Shown here in pieces: positions 44,624 through 64,000 of a DNA stretch of 64,000 nt. The notes under the pieces are model-generated. The model was not told the DNA's origin, did not search any database, and saw only the letters and a list, made by a program, of their open reading frames with translations. Location: assembly GCA_963693365.1 (NCBI GenBank), contig CAVNZM010000018.1, forward strand, positions 2,270,728 to 2,334,727, given 5' to 3'. How positions within the stretch are numbered: the stretch's first letter is position 1; each line of letters opens with the position of its first letter. Made by a program: the position numbers and the translations under genes. Source of the DNA: Amoebidium appalachense. Taxonomy: Eukaryota; Protista; Ichthyosporea.

Positions 44624-44900
44624 CGTGTTGGGAGATGGTACCAGCCGGTGATTCTCCTTTGATGGCAGCAAAAACCAAGCAATCTGAGAGTGAAAAGCAG
44701 CAAAATGCCCCAACTGACTGCTCGCCTCTCCGCAGCTTGCTCCCACCTCGCTTTCTTCTTCTGCCCTCCCTCTTACAGCCTCGCAAATCAATACCCATTA
44801 AACCTACACTCATAGACTTAGCACCCTGTAACTTTAACACTTCTGCTTCTCAATTGCAATGTTTGTCTCTGTTTTTTCTCTCCCAAAGAACAAACAGGAA
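44624..44900 (-). other. Probable upstream (5'-UTR or N-terminal extension) exon of the SPX transporter
   Basis: Strong donor ACG|GTGAGT at 44624/44623. An acceptor cacag at 43020/43019 lies 5 nt before the MKF ATG. The 5' boundary is approximate. Confidence 0.55.
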
Positions 44901-45534
44901 CGCGTGGGTGGAGTGAGCGCGTGATGCGGTCAGAATTGCCAGTTTCCTTGTGTTGTGTTGTTTTCAAACCAACAATTTGATTAGTTATGACACATCACTG
45001 CTAGGGTTGCAATACAAACCCAAATCCCCCGCCTACACGGATATTTGGGGAGTAAAAATGAACTTTCATCAGTAAACAAGACCGGAAAAAGTTTCATATT
45101 TCCTAGATTATGCAGGAATACGATTATAGATGCTTGGGAATGACAAGCCCTGAACACTTAGCCTTATTTAGGAATATGAGATCGGATGCAAATAGCAGCA
45201 ACCAGGGTGCATAATCACTCCTTTGGAGTCTACATCTGCAGCGTTAGGTTAAACCTAAGTGGGCTTGACCGCCATGAAAAACCGCTTATATGCGATTATG
45301 CTATTGTATTTTGAAAATAGTTTCAACAGTTGTGGTTATTTCTGGAGCCTCCAGGAGCGTTCGCACCAAGCATGAAGTCTCTTATTAGCAGGCAGGCCTA
45401 TCCAGCCTTTGGTTCGCACCCTGTTGACGATCAGCTGATCAAAGCCGCTAAGCCGCTCGGTGGCAGGGATGTGGCGGAGCCTTCATGACTTGACTTGACT
45501 TATAATTATAATTGGCAGCTGGAGCTTGTGACTT

Positions 45535-45535
<1 letters not shown>

Positions 45536-45573
<38 letters not shown>

Positions 45574-46945
45574 CCCGTTTCACTCCCGGAGGCACTGCCT
45601 AAGGGGAGCTAACGTCTTCCACAGTAGACACACGAATGTGCTCTCTACATAGTGCAACTATAAGTCAGGATACATAATCCCGACTGTCACTACATATTCT
45701 GGCAATTCTTAGCCCACGGGGTTGCCGCAGTCACACTAGTGGGGATTGAGCAAACTCACTTCAACCAACACCTAGCCAGGAGTGACCCGGGGGAAAATAA
45801 AAGGGTATAAGCAAGAAAAAATGTTCGGAAAGTTAGAAACAATACAATAAGACGAAGCAGTGTGTTCGTGCTGCTCTGCATGGTGGAAAAGAAAGAAAGA
45901 AGAGCAGTGTGTTGGTGCTGCTCGGCATGGTAGAAGACTAGAGCAGGGTGTTGGTGCTGCTCGGCATGGTAGAAGACACTAGAGCAGGGTGTTGGTGCTG
46001 CTCGGCATGGTAGAAGACAATAGAGCAGGGTGTTGGTGCTGCTCGGCATGGTAGAAGACACTAGAGCAGGGTGTTGGTGCTTGCTGCTCGGCATGGTAGA
46101 AGACACTAGAGCAGGGTGTTGGTGCTGCTCGGCATGGTAGAAGACACTAGAGCAGGGTGTTGGTGCTGCTCGGCATGGTAGAAGACTAGAGCAGGGTGAT
46201 GGTGCTGCTCGGCATGGTAGAAGACACTAGAGCAGGGTGTTGGTGTTGCTCGGCATGGTAGAAGACACTAGAGCAGGGTGATGGTGCTGCTCGGCATGGT
46301 AGAAGACACTAGAGCAGGGTGATGGTGCTGCTCGGCATGGTAGAAGACACTAGAGCAGGGTGTTGGTGCTGCTCGGCATGGTAGAGGACACTAGAGCAGG
46401 GTGTTGGTGCTGCTCGTCATGGTGGAAGAAGACAGCATGAAGTTCGTGCGGCCTATTGGTATTCTTATGTTTTTCTAGAGTTTTTGACGCTTTAGTAAAC
46501 TTCGTTTTTCCTGACAAAGTGCCCATGTCGCAAAACTAATAACTCGTGTTGTACTAGTCCTACGGCAACGGCTCAAACACGGCCATGTTGCCAGCGTTTG
46601 GCTCTATGCAATGGTGTGCATGCCGCCCCTTGTGCGTAAATGTGGTGGAGTGTGGATGCAGCGGCGCACGGCCGTTTACGAAACACGTGTCGTGTTTTGT
46701 GCCTGGTCGCGATGGCCCTGTGCGTGTTAAAATTTAAGAGAATAGGAATGTGCAAAATACGCATCTTGATTGGTTGCATTTTATCTGATGAGCCCGGAGT
46801 GGCGATCTTATTGGATAGTTAACTGCTATTTTTAAGGAATCATACTGCTTGTTCACCGATCACATATCTTTGCCTCGAGTAAACAGCGTAAACCCCCGAT
46901 CACATATGGTTTTGATGTGATCGGGAGCCCGACATGGCGCGACTG
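45536..46945 (-). mobile_element. 1.41-kb non-autonomous non-LTR retroposon nested in the hAT MITE
   Basis: Exact 16-bp TSD TGGAGCTTGTGACTTT at 45520-45535 and 46946-46961; about 35-nt poly(A) tail (T-run 45537-45571); no RT/EN ORF; 3' end shared with 21222-21300. Confidence 0.9.
45856..46430. repeat. Minisatellite inside the retroposon: about 14 copies of the 41-bp unit GAGCAGGGTGTTGGTGCTGCTCGGCATGGTAGAAGACACTA
   Basis: Head-to-tail units with no spacers; terminal units degenerate. Confidence 0.95.
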
Positions 46946-47726
46946 TGGAGCTTGTGACTTTGAGTCGCGAGTTGAGACCCTATGACTCAAGTCGCAACTT
47001 TAGGTGACTTGTTACTATTTTTAGTGCAGAGGGGGGGGGGGGGAGGGGGGGGGGGGGCCCTCAATTGTCAGTCCCTTCGAGTTTCCCCCCTACATACACG
47101 ACCCCCCCCCCCCCCCCCACCCCCTCCTCCGGGGCAGGGCCCGGGCCACCTCCCCCCTCCCCCCCCAAGTCACGCCTGATGGCCTGACTTGACTTGACTC
47201 AAGTCAGAAGCTTTCGTGACTTCAAGTCGCGACTCGGAGTCAAGTCGCCACACCCCTGCTCGGTGGGTCATGCTCGAGATCTCTCAGACATAGTGTTTTT
47301 TTGGTTTGTCGACGTCTAAAAAACAAATAAATAAAGAGGATAGCTGACATGCTGTTTTTGTCAGTGCAATAGGGTTTTCGCAAGAGATTATTCTACGTAG
47401 GGCCACAAACCGCACTAACATTACCGGGGTTGATTCCTTCCTTCAGCTTCACAGGGTGCCTTTAGCTAGGGCTACTGGTTGGAAGCTGAGTGAACCCAAC
47501 GAGCATTATTATAGTATAGTTGGGAAAAACAGTTTTAGATAGTCTCTCTGTCCCTCTTCCCCCCCCCTCTCCTTCCCTCCCCTCCTCCCCCTCCACACAC
47601 ACACGTGCACCCAGGGCCATAATCGGATATAGAATCCCTCTGTTTGAGTGTGAGTGTGAGTGTGAGTGTGTGTGTGTGTGAGTGTGTGTGAGTTTGTGAG
47701 TGAATGAGTGTGTGTGTGTGTCTGTG

Positions 47727-47768
<42 letters not shown>

Positions 47769-47825
47769 AGTTTGTGAGTGAGTGAGTGTGTGTGTGTGTG
47801 TGTGTGTCTGTGTGTGCGTGTGCGT

Positions 47826-47879
<54 letters not shown>

Positions 47880-48106
47880 CAAGGTTACATTTGCATCTTT
47901 TTTTCTTTTACATATATCTACATCTACCTCATACTCCCTACCAATTTTTTTTAGTGGGTGGTGCTGTGGGTAGGTACCAGCGTGAGCCACCAGGGGCCCA
48001 CTATACACTGAGGCAGACATGAAGGAAGGGTGCTTGCGTTTGTCTGTGTGCATGTGCGCGTGTGCCTATCTGTATGTGTGTGTGTGTACGTATGTATTCA
48101 ACAATT

Positions 48107-48140
<34 letters not shown>

Positions 48141-49564
48141 TGCGTGTATGTGTATGTGTGTGTGTGTCTTTGTGCGTGTGTGTGCGTGTTTGTGTGCGTG
48201 TGTGTGCGTGCGTGCGTGCGTGCTTGCTCGCGCGCGTGTGTGTTTGTGCCTGTGTGTGCGTGTGCGTGTGTGCGCGTGTGCGTGCGTGTGTGCGTGTGTG
48301 TGTGTGTGTGTGCGCCTTGTGCTGGCACGCACGTGTGTGTTCGTGTTACCAGTGGGAGTATGTAATCAGGTGCTCCAATATGTTTGTCACTGATGGTGCC
48401 CCTTATTCAATGACAGCCATGAAACTCCGGAACGAATATTAACGCGCTACGTCCGCGCGAGCCCTTCCAAGCTTCAAGGCTTCCACTTCAACCCACTCTG
48501 CAAATGCAACCCTGAAAAGTCTAATAGTCACTGTGAGTGACATGTCTCCCTCTGCAACCCTGAAAAGTCCTGAAACGGACATGTATACGTACAGAAGCGG
48601 CCCTTCGTCATGGGCATGGGCCGAACCGGTGCTGCAGTGGAAGTGCAAATCAATTTGGCGGTTGTTCCAGAAAGATGATTGGCTTATGAGCCAGCACGAA
48701 TTGTGTGAACAAATCAGTGATTCTTGTGATCATGGGTAGGTCTCGCCGCATTTATGAAGTATTCGCCTCACCGCGCATTATACTCGTGTTGCGAAACGAA
48801 CAAAAAAGAGCTGTCCTCTTGCTTTGAAAAAGAAAAAAAAAATTAACATAGAAATTTTTTATAATTATAAAAATTATGCAATATTTGTGCTGTGTTTTCT
48901 AAGGAGACAATACTGTGGAACTATTCATGTAAGTTGTCACCGTGTTGTTCCCAATCAAGTTGGTGTTACGTTATGGTTGGTTTGTCAACATTTGATGCGA
49001 ATAAGCTATATGATTGGTTCATAAAAAGGTAATGCAGTTATCGCACTCTGAGTTATTTTTTTAACTAAATACGAATAAAATCAACTTAAAAACGCTCTTG
49101 CATAACAAACTTGTAATATCAATCCTCTGATTTCGCCGCACGCTAAAACGGTCGGTGACGGATAGTGACAGGTCAGTGCAACAGAGGAATCTTGAGAGGA
49201 TTGGAGAGGAATGTTGTTTGTGAATGTAGGGTTTACGGGGTGTGCTTGATGGGCCTCGTTTGCCAAGCTCAACAATTTTTTTTTAACGATTTAAATATCT
49301 GCACAAAATCCTTTTCACGCTTATTAGAGTTTTATAACTTGTATAACGCAGGTTTGGGCAATTCAAAATATGCCCTCAGGATCTATGGATAGCACACGAA
49401 CACAAACTTGAACTTTGGTTCCGCAAACCTATACCTTGAACACACATACACACACATCCAAACACCCTACACCCAACCGGCATCACCCTCACCACAACCA
49501 AAAACACATAAAATAGCCCAAACACCCACTCACTCACACTACCCATTCCACTTCCATACATATT

Positions 49565-58043
<8,479 letters not shown>

Positions 58044-58836
58044 TATTTGGCCAATAGGTGTTGGGGCTGGAGTGATGATTGGCCAATAGGGCGTGGGCTG
58101 GTGGGCCGGTGGGTTGTGTTGGGTGCTTTTCATTGATGTTATATACTTTGGCACGGATGCAGCGGTGTGTGTGTACGTGTGTGTACAACTTAGTGAACGG
58201 GACCAGGGGGAGGGGGGAGGGGGAGGTGGCTGCTACAATTTGGAGATGTATATCGTTGTTTTCAGGATTTTTTTTTTTTCGTTTTCGCCGTTTCCCCCCC
58301 TTTTTTCCTCTGGGGTAAATTTTAGTAGAAGGGTTTTTTTTGAGTAGAAAGAACTGCTGTACAGTGTTTGGTATGCATATGTAAATATATCCGAGATGTG
58401 AGATTATGACATATGATAGCATGTTGTTTATATCCCTTCAACGTTCTAATAAGTATTAGGTATTTTTAGCAGATCATACGTTGTATATAACCCTTTCTCC
58501 CCTCCCCCCCCTCCGCTCCTTCTTCTGATACCATTCAGGGGAGTGCTTAGCCTTTTGTCATCTTTTGCTACAATTCATTAGTAGTACCCGTTTCTGTGAA
58601 ATGCTTAGGGCGGGGTTCTCTACCAGTAGAGGAGTGGCAGGGGTGTGTGTGTGTGTTTGGGGGGGGAGGGGGGGTTCATCGAAAGTTGACTGTATTTAGG
58701 CCGATGATAGGCAAATATTAGTAACATAATCTTTAACAAATCTTTAGTGGTTGCTTATTGGCTGAATACAGCAAAACCCCAATTATGGTCTTTAATGAGT
58801 GCATCTGATTGATATACTGTACATGAATCAATCTTA

Positions 58837-58960
58837 AATATATGTACCTAAGCTGTTTCCCCCCCCCCCTCCCCCCTCTCCCCCTCTCTCTCTTTCTAAT
58901 ATATGTACCTAAGCTGTTTCTCTCCCCCCCTCCCCCCTCTCCCCCTCTCTCTCTTTCTCA
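58837..58960. repeat. Tandem duplication of about 60 bp (AATATATGTACCTAAGCTGTTTC...CTCTCTCTTTCT)
   Basis: Two copies seen directly. Confidence 0.8.
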
Positions 58961-59105
58961 ATCTCTCTCCCTCCCTTCCCCCCCCCCCCCCCCCCCCCCG
59001 CCACTTTAAACACACACGCACACGCACGCACACACACACACACACACAAACACACACAGAAACACACAAACAAAAAAGAAGGGAAAAAGAACACACACAC
59101 ACACA

Positions 59106-59149
<44 letters not shown>

Positions 59150-59349
59150 GTCTGTCTCTCTGTCTCTCTGTCTCTCTGTCTCTCTGTCTCTTTCTCTTTT
59201 GTCTATGTGTGTGTTTGTTTGTGTGTGTTTGTGTCATGTGTGTGTGTGTGTAAATTAATTTCATAGGGCCAGATAACAGTGTGTATGTTCTTTTTCCCTT
59301 CCTTTTTTTGTTTGTGTGTTTCTCTCTCTCCGGGGCTCTCTAGCTCGCG

Positions 59350-59384
<35 letters not shown>

Positions 59385-59409
59385 TCTTTCTCTCTCTAGA
59401 TCTCTCTAC

Positions 59410-59440
<31 letters not shown>

Positions 59441-59754
59441 CCCTCACAGCGAGTGTGTATAAGAGTGTGTGTGTGCACACACACGCGAACGCACGCGCGC
59501 GCACACACACACACACGCGCGCGCACACGTGTACACACACACACACACAACACACAGCTCCCCTCCGGATCCGGATCCCCCCATAATATTCGTCCCCCTG
59601 GGGGCCCCACCTTTCCCTTTGATAATATGCGCTGTGTTTATGCCTCTTGCTTAATGTGTGATGTGTATTATGGTCCTATCTTGTTTGTTACGGGGCGGCT
59701 TATCTTCGGTTCCACGGAAGCTTCCCACTCTTAATTGAATGCACCATTGATTCG

Positions 59755-59790
<36 letters not shown>

Positions 59791-62329
59791 GAACACATAC
59801 CAAGCATGCTAAAGTTTTTAGTGTGTGCACGTAGGGCACCCTCTCGTAAAAACGGTTTTTTTAAATATCTATATATGGCTAATCTGATTGAACCGGATTC
59901 GATCTGGACCAATCATAAATACCCCTTGACAACGTAATAATCTGCAGTGCAATTGTGTTGTCCGCCGACGGTCAATGCATGCTTCTTTATCCGTTACACT
60001 TGCACACTGTACCCCCCCGCCCCCTTCCCTCCCCCCCCTCCCCCCCCCCCCCCCCCTCCCCCTCCCCCCGGCCCCTCTCCTCCCCCCCCCCCTCCCCCCT
60101 CCCCTTCAGAGTATCCGCTCCGGCGAGTCCACGTACACAAACACCACCGCCATGGTGTATTGTGCTGCACTGCAGATGTGTTTTGTAGTGACGCATTTTA
60201 ACCCCTACTAAAAGCCCCCCACCCCACCCCACCCCCTCCAGGCAAAGGAAAAAGCATAAGCTCACGTACTACAGGACACAGATTGATGATAAGAAAACAC
60301 GAGTACTAACTCCCATTGCATGCTCATGCGAGTGCCTGCACAGGGTCGACGTCCACGTGCGTGCAACCCTCCAGTCTTGTGCGAATATTATTATATCGGT
60401 TATATATTGACCATTTCACATGCATGTGCATACATATGAGCCCAGGCTCACATGAATACATGACACAAGGTATTTGTGCGCCCCTAATGGCGTTTGTATA
60501 CTTAAAATTTGTCACGGCAGTGACCCCACCTGACCCCACGCGCCGATATCACGTGCTAACAGCTGGCATCTGCACTCCCCTTCCCTGGGCGCCACATCCC
60601 GTCAAAAGTGACCCTAACTTTTGATGCTAGGTCCACCAACTCACATCAGGGATATAATATGTTTCACCTCAGGACGTTCTGTGGGTGACACAATTATCTA
60701 CCAATTGAAGCGGCTTCTACAGCAGACATGGCAGAACACAAATCTCACACCGGCGATGAGCACCGCAGTGCATACCGGAGATAAAAAGAATGCCTTGATT
60801 GGTCTAGTCATAGCTAATCAAAAGGTCGGATCTTGAGCTGGAATGATGACTAGATTCTTGACGTCATCGTCCTTTGTAGGCCGCACATCACGCAGTACAT
60901 AGTGCGTTGCATAGAGCTTCTGTGCTACATAACTGCACATTAAGAGCCCCCTTTAAAGCATGGATAAGATATTTTTCACAGAAAAAGCTCTGTGCCCTCG
61001 CTGTTCGAACTGTTCACGAACTCTGGTTTCCACGGATCTAGTGCTGTTCAAAAAGCTGCACTTCTCATTGGTCAACCCAAGATCTCCCAGCGGGCACCAG
61101 CACACTGACCGTCACAGGCTGCTGCTGGACTACTATTTGCACACGTATCGTGTTTGTGTAAAAGGAAAAATTCAAAGGAAGGGAAAAGAAATCAAAGAGA
61201 AACATTAGAAAATGGTCTAGGTTTATGAACCAATATTCTTCCTGCCGCATTTTTGCGGGAGGCGTCCCAGATTTCCATTGTAAGTCACGCATCTTATTGG
61301 ATGATAGACCAATTTAGATTTTCTAAATGAGAATCTCAAAGTGGTTTGCTTCGCTCAAGGGAGATCAGCCAGCCCAGCCCCAGCCGAACGGGCCGCCATG
61401 AAAGGCTGAGTGATCGACGGTCATATACCAAATCCTGCTTATAGTGCTCAAAATCAATATTTTGGATAGAGAAGGGGCTTTGCTCCACTAATAAATAATT
61501 CGATAAACAAAGCGACAAGCAATTTTTGTATAAGCAGCATGGGGTGTCCGGCGCCGTTTTTGTAGCGAAAACAGGCAAAAACCATAATTTCATCATAGAC
61601 GATCGACCTCGAGGCAGCATGGTAAGAGGCCATGTAAGACGGGTTTTGCTGATTTTAGCGCTGTAGGCGTTGTCGGAGCACCCCGACTGCTTATATCATT
61701 TTTGCGCGTCTTTTTATTTCCGAAAACCAACCTTCTAAGTAAAATCTGGGCTAACTGCTTTCGAGGGGCTGTCGGTCTGAAACTTTGGCCTGTCACCGCC
61801 TGTGCGACCCTTACCTTGGCCCTTACTTTTGGCGCAACCAATCACAAGATTCGAAATGTTCTGTTAAGCCATATAAGGTTAGGCTGAGTTTGAAAAAAAT
61901 CATTTCTAAACCGGTCTATCGGCCTTATGGCAAGATCTCGGGCTGTGGAATGCAGGCTTTTCACAAGTAAAAATTTCCCCTCTCAAGACACAATACCGTA
62001 TAATATTAAAGAGCTTTAATGAGCTTTTTATTATTTTGGTTTTTTTTTTTTCTCCAAATCAAAAGTGCCAAGCACATGCTGTTGAAGTGTCTGCACGGCT
62101 CACAGAGTCTTCTGAGGAATGCACTTGCGGTCTTATGGTATGCTGCCTCAGCCTCACATATTCATTCTCCACCAATAAGAGCGAGCTCCAAATTCCAGGT
62201 ATGCTACCGCCCCACATATAAACAGAGGCACGGCTCAGTTTTATCCACACTCAAAGGCTCTCATATCTTGACTTTTTGTACGGCGACGACCTGAAACACG
62301 GTCCGCGTCCACACGCACCCTATTCCAGC

Positions 62330-64000
62330 ATGGCTGTGCTAGTATGTGTTTTGAACCTCTTGTTTTTCGCTGTTGCGTTAGCTGCACCTATTTCACACAG
62401 TGATAACTCAGAAGCTTCATCACAAAATTCTGTTGGTTATGAACCAGAGCAACCCACACTCCGCACACTACACAGAAAAGTGAGGGCTCTACACGAAAAC
62501 GCAACGTTGGTTCCCAACGAATACATCATTCACGTGAAAAACGGCTCGTTGGGCGAGTTTGTTTCTTTTCTTTCGAACACGACAACTGCAAATAGTAGCA
62601 GCACAAACAGCACACATACAAATACTACCCTCTCTGTTATCGGTGTGTTCAACTCTACACTTTCTGTACACGTGCAAATACGAGAAGACGATGCTGATAC
62701 GTTTTTGCTAATAGCATCTCAACCAAGTGTAGAATTCATTGAACCGGTACAAATTTTCACATCCACCGAATTTGATTCCTGGGGATTAGACAGAATAAAT
62801 CAACGTATGCTCCCACTAGACAATACCCCGCTGCATTTCTCAGAGCCACGTGAATCAGGTGCCGGAGTCGACATTTGGGTGGTGGATTCCGGTGTTGAAC
62901 TTTCCCACGAGGAATTTTCTGGACGTGTGCACGACACTTTCTCAGCATGGCAAAAATCAGCGAATGATGTGCTTGGGCACGGAACGCACGTGGCAGGAAT
63001 AGTGGCCGGGCAAAAACACGGTATTGCTCCCATGGCAACCGTTCGCGCCATACAAGTCATAAACGGAGATGGTGCGTGCACAACAGGAACCGTGATCGCA
63101 GGATTAGACGCGATTGCGCGATTCCGAAACCCCTCACGCCCAGGTGTGGTTGTGATGTCGCTTGGGGGTCTCCGTTCCCCTTCTGTTGACGAGGCTGTCG
63201 ACAAGATTATCAATTCAGGATTAGTGGTGGTAGCTGCAGCTGGAAACGACGCACTAGATGCGTGCGATTTTAGCCCGGCAGCGAACCCACGAGTTATTAC
63301 AGTCGGAGCAACGACAAAAACGGACGAAATGTCGTCATATTCCAATTATGGAAGGTGTGTCGACATTTTAGCGCCAGGTGACGACATTCTAGGCGCTGAT
63401 GTCAACAATACGGTGGGTTTAAAATCAGGCACCTCTATGGCTGCTCCTTTCGTTGCTGGCGCAGCCGTTCTATACCTTTCCAGAAACCCCACGGCGAAAC
63501 CAGAGGAGGTTAGCACCGCTCTGATTGGCTCAGCCACACAGCGCGCGATTACAATCCCTTCCGATTTCACAGACACACCCAACAAATTGCTCTATGTCGA
63601 CACAGTCGTGCTCTCGCGCTCACCTTCTCTGCCGGATACGTCCACCAATCAAAACCCGCATTTAACCAGTAACAGCCAATCAGAACCTCTGAATGCCCCT
63701 CAGGAATGTGCGCAGAATGGCACATGTCAGTTTTACGCAAGCACAATAAACGACACAAACACCGGTGCCCTGACTGTGAGCATAAGACCCAGTTATCACA
63801 AGCGCATTATTGCCTTTTTTGACGGACCCGCAGGAAGTTCCATGCTGTTTTCATTGGCTGAGCCTTATCGGCGCCCAGGGAAACCACGTGTTTATGTGCG
63901 GTATTTGGCTAAGGGGATTGTGAATGGGAATACGGGTAAAATCCAGAGATTTTCCCAGTGTTTGGGAGTGGGAACGTATAGATTTACTGCTTTAGCTAAT
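62330..64000 (+). CDS. Secreted subtilisin-like serine protease (S8A, proteinase K/aqualysin-like): signal peptide, I9-like prodomain, catalytic domain and C-terminal extension; intronless in the window, 3'-partial
   Basis: Manual translation from ATG 62330 (MAVLVCVLNLLFFAVALA) is open to the window end, which is probably why it is absent from the ORF track. Motifs WGLDRINQR, VVDSG (Asp), GHGTHVAG (His), AAGN, SGTSMAAPFVAG (Ser) and TPNKLLY. Confidence 0.95.
   Translation, partial: MAVLVCVLNLLFFAVALAAPISHSDNSEASSQNSVGYEPEQPTLRTLHRKVRALHENATLVPNEYIIHVKNGSLGEFVSFLSNTTTANSSSTNSTHTNTTLSVIGVFNSTLSVHVQIREDDADTFLLIASQPSVEFIEPVQIFTSTEFDSWGLDRINQRMLPLDNTPLHFSEPRESGAGVDIWVVDSGVELSHEEFSGRVHDTFSAWQKSANDVLGHGTHVAGIVAGQKHGIAPMATVRAIQVINGDGACTTGTVIAGLDAIARFRNPSRPGVVVMSLGGLRSPSVDEAVDKIINSGLVVVAAAGNDALDACDFSPAANPRVITVGATTKTDEMSSYSNYGRCVDILAPGDDILGADVNNTVGLKSGTSMAAPFVAGAAVLYLSRNPTAKPEEVSTALIGSATQRAITIPSDFTDTPNKLLYVDTVVLSRSPSLPDTSTNQNPHLTSNSQSEPLNAPQECAQNGTCQFYASTINDTNTGALTVSIRPSYHKRIIAFFDGPAGSSMLFSLAEPYRRPGKPRVYVRYLAKGIVNGNTGKIQRFSQCLGVGTYRFTALAN

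Larger units (their letters stand above)
45464..47258. mobile_element. Non-autonomous hAT-type DNA transposon (MITE, about 370 bp after removing the nested insert)
   Basis: TIRs CAGGGATGTGGCG / CGCCACACCCCTG (12/13 match); exact 8-bp TSD CTCGGTGG at 45456-45463 and 47259-47266; many subterminal TGACT/AGTC motifs. Confidence 0.9.

Noticed and set aside
45856-46430. CRISPR-like array
   Set aside because: Units are head-to-tail with no unique spacers, there are no cas genes, and the array lies within a retroposon in a eukaryotic context.
48370-48740. Coding-like stretch with a short direct repeat TGCAACCCTGAAAAGTC
   Set aside because: All frames are interrupted and no family motif is recognisable with confidence.
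62800-63585. Minus-strand ORFs of 181 and 79 aa
   Set aside because: Antisense shadows of the plus-strand subtilase.

Overview
Eukaryotic genomic DNA. Introns and intergenic regions are saturated with microsatellites ((CA)n, (GA)n, (TCAC)n) and long poly-C/poly-G runs, so almost all ORFs in the supplied track are repeat artefacts. Manual splicing recovers seven genes: (1) the 3' end of a CLC chloride channel/transporter (+); (2) a 4-exon Myc-family bHLH-LZ gene with Myc box I and IIIb motifs (+); (3) a 5'-truncated, frameshifted plant/fungal-type heme peroxidase (+); (4) a 14-exon Prp43/DHX15-family DEAH helicase (+); (5) an SPX-domain Pho87/Pho90/Pho91-type phosphate transporter (-); (6) a 7-exon coiled-coil protein (+); (7) an intronless secreted proteinase-K-like subtilase running off the window end (+). 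Mobile DNA: a hAT-type MITE (8-bp TSD) carrying a nested 1.4-kb poly(A) retroposon (16-bp TSD, internal 41-bp minisatellite), a second copy of that retroposon's 3' end, a two-copy TAGTGATAAC MITE, and a three-copy dispersed element with a covarying stem. The most unusual patterns are acceptors directly abutted by (CA)n, GT/G-rich intron starts facing CA/C-rich intron ends, and decoy copies of acceptor-plus-exon-start inside introns. The gene mix suggests a unicellular holozoan such as an ichthyosporean (inference only). Homopolymer lengths and some single-base frameshifts may be long-read errors. I found no unambiguous new system; the findings are candidates.
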